Below are positions 32,201-44,200 of a stretch of 58,027 nucleotides of DNA, piece by piece; positions within the stretch are counted from its first letter, which is position 1; each line of letters starts with the position of its first letter. The notes below the pieces were generated by a model. It was not told the DNA's origin and did not search any database. It was given only the letters and a program-made list of their open reading frames with translations. Position numbers and translations under genes: made by a program. This DNA comes from an uncultured virus (IMG/VR IMGVR_UViG_3300044612_002233) (Duplodnaviria > Heunggongvirae > Uroviricota > Caudoviricetes): IMG/VR virus record IMGVR_UViG_3300044612_002233, positions 62,001-120,027 of that record; one strand, 5' to 3'.

Positions 32201-35200
32201 GTCTTTGTGGTGCAGCATTTACTGTTGGATCGTACCCTAGTGCTTGCTGAGTTTGTCCTGGTCTTGGCTTAACATAAATAGTTCCTTGTTTTGCATTCTT
32301 AACTGACGCGGCTGATGCTGCTGTATTTGTTGGGGCGTATTTTGTTGTTGGATTAACTCTTGGCTTAGCCCAATCTGGAACAATACCCTTAACCCCCAAC
32401 ACATCACCCATTTGAGTAGCAACATCTTGAACACCTTCAACGAAATTATCCACTCCTGCTCTAACGGCACGACCAGCAGACCTAAACGGAGCAGCCGCTG
32501 TGCTTGTTGCTCTGGGGAACGCACCAGAAATGTACGAACCCATTTCTCTAACATCTCCAGCAGCCTGAGCGGCTCCTCCTACAACATTATCCACGGTTGC
32601 TCCCACACTTCTAGCAAATCTACCAGCCCCAGGTAATCTTCCGACAGTATTTCCTGCTGCTCTTCTTGCTATTCCAGCGCCAGAAGAAACGACTCTTCCA
32701 GCAGCACCACCAATCCTACCGGCGGCATTAAATACCGCTCCTTCAGCATTAATTAATGCTCCTGCGCCTTGAGAGGCTGCATATCCAGTAGTTTGCGCAA
32801 ATGCTGTACCGAAGCCTAAATAACTATCCATACCACCAGCTAGTTGCACATTTCTAGCATCATTGCGTTGTAATGCAGTTTGCTCACCGGTTTGTATCGG
32901 TCCCATACCAGCAACAGCTTGCCCAGCTTCAACAAAACCCATTGCTCCAGCACCCATAGCATTAACACCAACTTCAGCAGCCGCTCTTGTTGCTGCAGAA
33001 TAAGCTCCTGGTTGATTATTTAGTCTTTCACTGTTTGCTGTAGCTGCTCTTGCTCTTATAACAGCAGCATCTTGAGCAGCCGCTATCTCTTGAGGCGATG
33101 GCATTGGTCTGCCATTAGCTCTAGCCTCATCATACATATTTTCTGCTGTTCTATTTCTTAAATTATTCTCATCCCCAATTTTAAAGGCTGTATCATCTCC
33201 AGACATAGCATATCCAATACCTCCAACAATAGGAGATGCAACTGTTGCAACTGCTCCGGCAGTTATATTTGCTGCCCCATAAAGAGCGTCTCCAATACCC
33301 TGAGTTACTCCTCCAACATATCCTGCTGCTGCTATAGCAGGATTACTGCTATTTATATATAATGATGCTTGTCTATCTTCTTCAGCTTTTTGTTGTTGTG
33401 CTCTAACCTTTTCTGCCGCACTAACTTGTTGAGCCCCCTCAAATTGCGCTATCGCTTCACTATTAGCTTGATCCTGTAATAATTGTTCGGTTGTTGGAAC
33501 AACATAATTTTCAAGTTTTTCCATATATGGTTTTGGCATATATTTTCTTTGTTCAGTCCTGTACTGTTCTCTTTGATCTTCTTTAACCTTTCCTTCACTA
33601 AGAAGTTGATTAAATTTATTGTCTATTTTACCTGTTTGTTCATCTAATTTAGCTTGATTTCTTTCATTGATTACTTGTTGTCTTCTTCCTTTTTTATATT
33701 TTTCTCTTTCTTCTGGATCATCTTCCATTGCATAAGTATTAGGATCTTTGCCTGATCTAGACGCTTCTAACTTCTGGTTAAATTCAACATCAAATGCTTG
33801 TTCTTGAGCTGCTATTTGTGCTCTTTTTTCTATTCCTATTTTTGTGCTAGTAATAGCACTATCTGCTTCTCTCTTTTTCTTCGTGTCGCTTGAAGTTGTA
33901 GCCGTTTGAATTGAAGAAGATAATCCTGGACTAGCAGTTATTCTATAAACATTTTGTGTTTCTGCTTTTGCTCGTATGTTTGGATCATTACTATATTCAT
34001 ATGGATCTGTAGCGCCAACAGATTGATAAGAATTTATTTGACTATTCGGCTTAAACAACTGATTTGGATACTTTATCATTGTCTCAGTCGCTAGTACATT
34101 TGATGGTGAACCAAGAGGAAAGTCAAACCAATCTCTGCGTGAACTTTCTCTATCTCTAACTGTTTTCTGAGACTCAAACCTTGGAGTATTAGGATCGCTT
34201 CCATATGTATAATTTCTTCCAGCAACATAATCTCCAGGTAATGACACCCTAGGACTTGGAACCATTGGACCATTATTCACACCTAATCTTCCATCCTCAT
34301 TTTTAATTTCTGGTGTTCTCAAATTAACAGAAGTATTAGTCTGGGTTGCTTGTTGAGTTTGCTGGGCCTCATAAGCTCTATTATCTGCTATGCGTCTAGT
34401 TAAACCAAGTAAAGGATCTCTTGTTTTATATTTTGGATCATTTGGATCTGGCTTTTGTAAAGGCTTATTGGTAGTATATTGTTGTGTAAATCCTGATTCG
34501 ATTACAGCATTTTGCTCGGCAGCCTGTTGCTCATTGCTTGGTCTTGAGTAGCCTTCATTTATTCTGGAGGCCATTGCTGGATCAACAGAGCCAGGTTTTC
34601 CTCCGTTGCTAGTTATTGGAGGCAACGCACCAATAAATGATAGAGCGCGTAGACTTCCTCTATTTCTACGATCAGAGCCTAACTCTTTTAGAGCCGATCT
34701 TTCTTCTGGCGTTATCTCATTAGACTGAGCACCTTTACGATAGGCACTATTTACTAAAGAAGAAATATTACGATCTTTTTCTACAGTATATGGACCGACC
34801 TCTCTTTTTATTTGATTAGATTTTAAGGTTGCATATTCTGTTTCTTCTTCTGAGCTTCTTCCTTTGCTTCCTTTAAGCCACAATGATCGTCTTCGTAACT
34901 CTTCAGATTTGATCTTTTTCTTCTCATTAATAGCTTCTTGAGTGGGTCTAATTTTTGTTGTTGTTCCTCTGCCCCATGGAACAACTTCTGCTTTTACTAA
35001 AGGAACTGGTAGCGATGGTTGAACGACAGATGTGGTATAGCTCATATCTGGCTTAATATCGCTCTTGGCCACTTGTGCCTCTTTGGCCTTAACCTCTGCT
35101 GTTTCTCTTGCGGTTTTGGCAGGATTTTCCACAGGCATTGGTTGACTATTAGTATTAGCACTTACATTTTCAGCTTTTAATCTATCTGCTGCTAATTTCC

Positions 35201-38200
35201 TTTCTCTCTCTTCTATTCTGACCATATTAGCTTGAGCCCTAGCTTCAAAATCGGGCTTAGCTTGTTCAGCAGCCATTCTTTCAGTCCAATTAACTCCATC
35301 TTTATGAAACTCCATACCTGATCCTGGACCATATCCTATTGCTTCTTCCGGAATACCAGCCGCTCTATATGCGTCATTTACCGCATTACTAGCCATTCTG
35401 CCCATATTAGTAGAATTAGGTTTATTTTCCACCAGATCCAAATCGTTAATGATGCTACGATCTGTTGTGGCCGAAGAGTCCCCCATATTTGCCTGAACAG
35501 CATATCCTTGATTTCTATTCATATCTATCTGACCAAGGCGTTGTTTTTCTTCTGGGGTGCTATATCTTTCTCTTCTGTCTCTCATCGTTCCGCTATGGTC
35601 TATTCTAGCATTCATAGCTATCTGAGTTTCTTTCCAAGTATCCTTATAATTACCAGGATTATATGAGTAATCAGTTATAACACTATTAACTCCTTCTTTT
35701 TCTTTATCTATCAGTTCCTGTTTCTGCTTATCGTCAAGTTGATCCCAAGCACCACCTACTCTGCCCGTAACCATATCGGTATTATTTTCTAATCTTCTTC
35801 TTGCTCTGGATTCAGCATAATCGGCCACGTAAGCATTTTTGTCTTCATCTGTTGACCAATTGCCAGATACAGAATCTAAGGTAGATGCCACAAAATTCCT
35901 GGTCCCAGCATTAATTTCAGCATCCACTAATTCTCTACCAGTTGCTTCATCAGATGCTCTTTCCTTACTATCTGAACTATTATATGATCTAGTTCTAGAC
36001 TCTATATTTCTATTTATCTGTGTTGCTTCCTCTCTTTCAGCATCTAATTTACCCTGTACATCTGCTCTGGTTCTGGGTTTGGCTACTTTTCCTCCATCTG
36101 CTAAATAAACTACTCCGCCCTTACTATAATTCCCACTATTAATAGCTTTCAATAATGGCAAGTGTTCTGCTGTTGATCTTGCATTAATAACAAACTCGCC
36201 CGGAGTTAACATGGCAGGAACAGTGTCGGTTCCTTGTGGTTGGAAATTTACTAATTGACCTTCACTAGCATAAATTAATCCTCCACGAGCCTTCGGAGGA
36301 GCAACTGGAGCAGCAACAGCTACTCCCGGATTAACTACTTTCTGTCCAGCAGCATTAACTCTACCCTCATTCATATCATTATTAAGCATACTAGCTTCAA
36401 TAGTTGTTCTAAGATCATCTATACTAACTTTAAGGTTAGCATTTGCTGATACTAGAGCCTGCTGAGATTCTAATAGAGCCAATTCTCCTTGTGCCTTAGT
36501 AGCATCAGCTTGTAATCCAACAGACTGTAAATATTTGCTAGAAGCTTCTTTCATTGCGGGATCAGCATTAGGATCTTCCATAGCGGCTATTGATTGTCTA
36601 ACAAGCGGATTATTCATCATTCCGCTCTCTATCGCCATACTCTTTGTTAATTGTATTTGTTGTTGTTTGAAATAGTCAGCAACAGCTTGATCGGCGCTTA
36701 CTCCTGGCTTTCCTTTGCCTTGAGCATATTGATTTCTTATATTTAATTCTTGAGCAGCTCGTACTCCAGGATCTTGTGATAAGGCCAAAGTTTCTTTTCT
36801 TTGATTGGCTAATACTGTATTACCAGCCTTGGTGGCTTCTCTTACACTTCCTGTTTCTCTTAATGTTTGATTAAATGCTTTACGAGCATCTCTTTGATTA
36901 CTGGCATTGTTTAATCCTCCAGAAAGATTTCGTTGAAGTCTTATGAATGTTTTATTAAGTTTATCAGCTTCTTCTGGGGTGTTAGTTAATAGCTGATTAA
37001 CAAAACTTTCTCTATTCTTCTGAAGCTCTCTAACATTCTTTAAATTGTCAAATGCTTTTTCTACTAATTCTGTACTAGTAGCTAATGTATCTAAAGCTTC
37101 TCTGGTATCTCTTAGTTGATCATCTAATGATCTTAGTTGTTCAGCAGACTTTTTAAGCTCATTAGGATCACTAATACCCTGTCTTTTTTCTTCTACAGCC
37201 GTTCTCTGTGCTTGTAAACCAACCATTCTATTCTGAATGCCGCGAACAGTCGTTTCTCCACCAGCTAATTTGGACACATCCCCCATAACTCTTGCTTGTT
37301 TCTCATCATAAGTTTCACCAACGCCCGTCATAACCTCTCTAAGATTCATATCTCCTTGAACTCTAATATCTCTAGCTTTCTTAAAATAGTTCTGAGCATC
37401 TTTTGCTGCTTTACTAGCATCCTTAAGACCTTCAGAGAAATCGGCTAATGCCCCTTGTTTAAACGATGATAGGGCCTTTACTGCTTCAAGCGTTTTGACT
37501 CCAAAAGCCCCAAGAATATTATCAGACTCTCCTAATCCTTCCCTAAAAGCATCTAATTCTGCTTGAGGCGTATCATTTTTTTTCTTAGCTTCTTCTGCTA
37601 AATTATTTATTCTTGTTTCTGCTTGTTTTTTAAGACTTGTCTTTTGTTCATCTGATAAGTTTGTTTTATCTATTTTTTCATTAGTAATTTTAATAGCCTC
37701 TGCCTTGGCTTCGTCAACTCCCAAACTTCCCTTGGTACTTAATTTATCTGCTATACTTTTTGTTATAGCATTAGGTAATTGTTGTTGTAATTGCGCTCCT
37801 CCTATTAACTGATTTCTAGTTTTTTCATCAACTCCTGCTGTAGCTGATTTTAGAGCATCATTAAAGTCTTGTTCAGAATAGGCGTTTGGATTTTCAAGAA
37901 CATTTAATTCTCTTAGCTTTGGACCACTATCTTCTGATTGTCCTCTTAATGCTGATCTGCTTTTTTCTGCCGATGATTTTCTAACATCCGATTCGAATTT
38001 TATTCTATTAACAGATTCACTAACAATACTTGATAATTTTTCAAAACTAGCTGCTAGTTTTCTACCAGCTTTATCCGCCGCCTCTAAAGCATCAGACATC
38101 TGTTTTGTCTTTATTGCAGATTGGACTTGAACATTGGTCAGTATTTTTTCATTAGCAACTTCATCTAATATAGCATCTTGTCTTTGTTGTGAAACCTTAT

Positions 38201-41200
38201 CATATCCACCTTCTGATATTATTCTTGCTCTAACCGTTTTAAGAGCATCTTCATCTGCTAATACTAATGCTCTTCTAGCCCCAATTAATTCTTTATCTGC
38301 TTGTATAGATTCTACACTAGCTCCAGTATTAATTTTTTGTGATATTAAAGCAAATGCCTTATCCCCACTATCAGCATTTCTTTCTGCTTGTTTACTAGCT
38401 AGTTCATTAACATCCTGAACATCCATCTTCGGCTTTTCTGCTCCGGATAGAAACTGTGTCCATGTTCTAGTTAGGCCCTTTTCGTTTTCAGCAACTTTAG
38501 TTTCAGCAGCTACTGCTTTGAGTGAAGATTCTGATGATCTAACAAGAGCCTTATCTAAAGCCTTTTGTAAATCTATATTACCAAGATCTTTCTCAAAATC
38601 CTTGAAAGCCTTAGCTAAATCTTTTTCAGAAGCTGCCACTTCTTCAAATCGTAAATTCTTTTCCATTTCTAGAGCAGCAGTTTTTTGCGCTCCAGTAAAA
38701 TCAAAGGCAGCATCAGCACCGGCATATAAAGCTGTACCTATAGCAACAGCAGCGCCTAGGTAGGGATTGATCGCCATTAACTGAGAGGCAGTAGTTAAAC
38801 CAGTTGCTAGTGTTGAGCCAGTTTTTTCTATGGCCGCACCAGTTTTGGCAGCTCCTACTTTGCCTGCGTCTGTTGAGGTATCATACATTAGATTTGCAAT
38901 ATTTTTTCCTTGTCCACCCACTAAACCAGCAGCCATTCCAACGTCTCCCAAAGCTGTTCCAACGCCTTGAGACGCTGTACCTGAGAAATACCTTCCTTGG
39001 ATGGCCTTTATAATAGGACTGTTTCTAATATCAGTTAAACCAGCGGCCCCAACTCCTTTTTCTCCCTGCTCTTTGGCCATCTCATTAATCATTTCTCTTC
39101 TTTTACTAACTTCTTCCTTAGCAAGAGCAAGTGCTTCTGATGCTGATTTGACTGAGACACCTCTAACAGTTCCAGCATTCTTATACTCTTCTAATCTCAT
39201 TGCAATAAGCTGCTTGTCCATCTGAGCTAATGTTTTACGATCAGTCATAGATTGAGAAACATAACTTTGAATATCAGCTCCACCAATGCCCATACCTGAA
39301 AGTTCTGATCTTTTAATTCCAGTAACTTTTTCTGTGGCTGATGCGAATGCCTGCTCTTTAATTTGTCTTTGTTCTTTTTCTAATCTTCTATTAGTTCTTC
39401 GTTCTAGTTTATCTTTGTCTCCTAATAATGATGGATCTTTTTTGATTAAATCTTTTTCTATTTGTGATTTTCTTTGCGCTGTAATTAATTTTTCTTTTTT
39501 CTCGGCTTCTGTTAAAATAGCTTGCTGGGCACCACCCGAACCAAGAACTTTACCTGTTTTTGATTCTTTTAATCCTGCTTCTAAAAATTGTCGTTTTACT
39601 ACTGCTGTTTTAGCTTGATCTCTAACGGCTTTTAGGGCTTTTTCTGCTGCTATTATAGTGTCTATTGATGCTCCGGTAATCTTGAGTCTTTCAACATCCT
39701 TAGTCATTGCCCTTTCAATATCTTTATAAGATATGTCGGCTCCTGCCCCCACTTGCTCAAGAATTTTCTTAAAGCTTATCATGCTATAACCAGCTTCTTC
39801 AAAACCTTGTGCTAATAATTTAACGTTATTAAATAGTTCAGATGAAGCTTCTAAGCTTTTACTATCAATAGTTTCTGGTCTAGTTTTTAATTTTTGAACT
39901 GCTGGTTCAGCAAGACCTTTTAATCCTTGCATTATTGCTTCAATACTAAAAACACTACCACCAGTAGCAAATCTTTGAATTACTCCTCCACCAACTACTC
40001 CGCCTTTATTATAACCCTGTATTTTATCTGCTTTATTTAGTTTTTCTAACTTACCATATCCAATATTTTGAGCAGCTTTTTTATTAATTACAAATTCGCC
40101 AGGAGTTAATAATGCAGGAACAGTGTCTTGAGATGATATTCCTGCTTGTCCTCCGTTGGCAAAAGTTTCGATATTGGTTGGTTTTAAAGGATTAGAACCA
40201 GTATACTTTAATGCTAATCCTAGTGGACGTTTAAATAATTCACTTTCAAATGAATTTATTAATTCGGGATCTCCACTTTGGAGTCTATTCATTATTTGAC
40301 CAAGAATCTCACCTTCTCTTATGTTAGAATCTCCACCAGCATATAGTGCTTTTCTTGAGCCTTCTGCTGATTGTACTTTTATACCTGCTGACATTACTCC
40401 CTTAGATGCATCTTTTGCTATAACATCTCTAATTCCGGCCAATCCCTTTTCTTTATCAGGAGCTGCCTTATCTTTTATCTTATCAAAATTATCATAAAGC
40501 CATTGTGTAACAAGATTCTTTTGAAGTTCATAGTCTAGGTCATAAGTTTTTGGATCTAAAATTTCATCAAAACTTAATACCATTGGTTTGCCTGATGTAT
40601 CACCACTAGTAACTGTAAATCCGCTTCCTCCTCCAACTCTCATTTTGGCTTGTTGTTCAGCTTTGTTCTTTTCTGTATATAGATAGAATCCAGCACCTTG
40701 ACCATATCCAGTAGCAATATTACTTAATGCTCCCTTTTCTTTAAAGCTTTTTAGCACACTATCATCAACACCAGTGTTGCTTCCATGATATAGTTTAGTC
40801 TTTCCTCCATCAGCAAACTGTTGTACTTTCATACCCTCAATATGTCTAATATCACCACCCAATAGTTTATCTTCTTGATCTTTACTGATTATTCTATCAA
40901 TATCGTCAATTCTGAATTTTGAAGTTGGTGGCAGAATAAATTCTTTTTCTATTCTTGTCGCTGATCGACTTCTACTTAAATAATCTGCTCCGCTTTTGCC
41001 AGAAACAGGATCGATGTATTTTGATAAAGCTTTTATAACATCATCTTCTGTAGAAGTATCAAATATTGTCTTGTCAACATCAATAGATGGAATATTTTTA
41101 TTTCTAAAGATACTCAACATTGCACTAGAGCCATTTTCTGGCTGAAATACAGCAGCGGTATCTGGAGATTCACTAGTAGATAATAATGATCCATTTAAAT

Positions 41201-44200
41201 TAAAGCTTTTACCAATAGCATCAGGAATATCTTTATTAGAACTTAATGGATTACCTATCTGAGTTAAGATGGTTTTTAATTTACCTCCAGCAACAGTAGA
41301 ATATAGTTTACCAGAACGCTTTGAGCCACTCATTGATTCTTTACTATTAAACATTTCCAATAAATCTTTTGCAGCATTCTTTGTAGCGTCATACGCTTTG
41401 GGCGGATCAGCATGGAAAGTTTTAAGATATTCCATGAAAGAATCATTATCTTCTAAATACCTATTTATAAATTCACTATCAGTTCCACCACCAGGAAATG
41501 GTCCTGTTCTGTATTTGGCTAATGAGACTAGTTGTTGTGGGGAATATACTTCTCCACCATCAACATATCTTTTCATCGGTCTAAGCCCAGGATCTGGTTC
41601 ACCTTTTAGCATTTCAGCAAGAATTTGCTGTCGAGGTGTTGGATCTGATAATGTTTCTGGAGCTAATAATGAAGAGAAGTCTGTTTTAACGCCAGATAGG
41701 GCCGCTTTGCGTGCTCGTCTTTTTTCTAGCATCTCCTTGAATTCTTCAAGATTTAGACCAAAGGTTTTTGCATCTCTCGCCAAACTATTAAACTCTAAAG
41801 CACTGAATCCACTACCTTGTTCTAGAGAAAAATAGTCTACTTTAGATTTTGGAATGTCAAATGGAGATGGACCAATAGGTTCTTTTGAGAAAGTAAACCT
41901 TCTAGATGCTTTACCTCCACGAGCCAATTTTTGTGGTTGTTCTAATTCTTTTGGTTCGGGAATACTGTATTGTTGTCTAAAATATTTTTGAAATTCTTCA
42001 ACAGCCTTGCCTCTACTATTACTATCTATTGTTCTTTTAACTTCTGTTGGAATATCAGGATCGATACCAAATATTTTTGCTGCTTTAGATCCAATACCCA
42101 TTGGAAAGTCAATCGGACGAGTTCTTAAAGCATCGTCTAATATTGTAGCATCTGCTGATCCAAAAATTTGTTCTAGTAAAGCGCCTTCAATATTACCCTG
42201 ACCTAATGTTTCTCTTTGTTTTTTGGTTAATTTCTTTGCAGATATTCCAAGAAGTTTGGCTGCTCCACCTACAATTTCTTCTGTTTGACCACTAAGATAA
42301 TCAATGACATTTTGATATTGTGTTGGTAATCCTCTTTGAACTATTGATGCGTCTATTGATCTTTCTTGGCCAGACGGATCGACTCCAAGATTCCAAGTCT
42401 CTGGACCTAATAATCCAGTATATCCTAGCGGATTTAAGCCAACTAATCCTAATTGTTTAGACGATAATACGGCATTAGTTGTTTCTGCTAGTGCTGTGGC
42501 CTTTTGAGTTCCTTGTGATTCATTAAATTTATCTATTAGATAGTCTCTTGTTGCAATATAGTAGGCGAGCTTGTCTGCTTTTGTTTCTGGTCTAAAGGCA
42601 GAATTCCAATATTTTAATTTTCCACCATCAGCAGTATCTCGTACTGTTTTTCCTGAGAATGGACCAAAACTTGGATCGTTTGGTAGTCTTTCTGTTCCAA
42701 ATCTTTTTAGAATCTCTGATCCTTGTGCTGGTAATATTCCAGAAGACTTTTTGACCTGCGTGGCCTTTTCTACATTTTTTAGTATCGCCTCTTCTAGTCC
42801 AGAAGGCATCTCTGTTGGAACTCCACCAAACTCACCAGCCATCTGTTCTGAAATTTGTGCTGATATGGCCTCTCTGGTTATGTCTGATGGTTGCGCAGAT
42901 ACAGGGGATTTTCTTGATGGGTCTAACCCATAAGTTTCTGGATATTTCGCAGATAGAGCGCTTATTATATTAAATGCTCTATAGCCAAATGCTCCTTTAG
43001 ATACTCGATCTCTTTTGTCTCTTATCTGCTTAACTTGCTCAGCTATTTCTGGATAATTTTTCTTTAGATCAGCACTAACATTACCATATGGACCACCAGG
43101 AGCATTTGATAATATTTCTGCAACCTCAGCATTGGATCGTACTTTATCTTGATCAACAAACTTTTGTATTTCTTCGATGAGCATAGGAACCATAGTGCTA
43201 CGATTACGTAATTGTGCTCTATTGCCCATTAATATTGATGCTATATCAGGATTCATTAAACTAGTAAGTGTTTTATCATCACCATTGAATAATGCGTCTC
43301 TAACTGCAGTAGCACTAATATCTTCTATTCTGGGAATATCTGTAACATCTATTCCTGCTCTTTGGTATTTGCCTAATGTTTTATCGTCTTTACCAGAAGT
43401 TATTGCCATGGCGCCTTTTAATCTGGCGAATTTTCTTCTATCTCCAGCATCAGTAACTTCCATAAATTTTGGTAAACCACCAGCAGTCTGGCTTTGAGTG
43501 CTAATCATGGCATTTCCAAAATTCATTTGGCTGAATAAGGTTCTTATATCTGATGGGAAAATACCATATCGTGCAGCGTGGTCTATACCTTCTTTACCAA
43601 CAATCATTGGAAGATCAGGAGCAACACTAACAAGAATATCTTCTAAAGAAGAGTTTGGGTTTTTTGCTAACATGTTTTCTAATAAAGTATCTAACGCTCC
43701 TCTATGGCCTCTTGTTGGTGGGGCAAAACCACCCATATAAAATCCACCAGCCTGAACTATTTCTGGTAGTTCGCTTTCTCTTTTACGTCTTAAACCGAAA
43801 CTATCTTTTTTTCTTCCTAATACTGTGGCTCTTTTGCCAAGTTCATCTCGTAATATGGTTTCTTCCAGACCAAAATCAATATCAGCTGCTCTTGTGGTTC
43901 CTGGTTTACGACCATACAATCCTTCTCCTGTAATATCTCTGCTCTCTCTATTTGACCTAACTCTATCTTGTTCCTCTCTGCTATTAGAGCTTAATACATA
44001 TGCTCTATCAACATCTTTTAAATAAGCATCTAATTTAGTCTGACTAGCTGTAGATGTTAATACTATAACCTCATTAACTTTGTTTATATCTTCAGGCGTT
44101 AATATTTGAGAGCGAATTGTTTTTCTTAAAGTAGCATCATCATTAGCTCCCTTTCCGGTTGCTAAACTGCTTTTTCCACTTCCAGCAGCTCCAGCAATAG

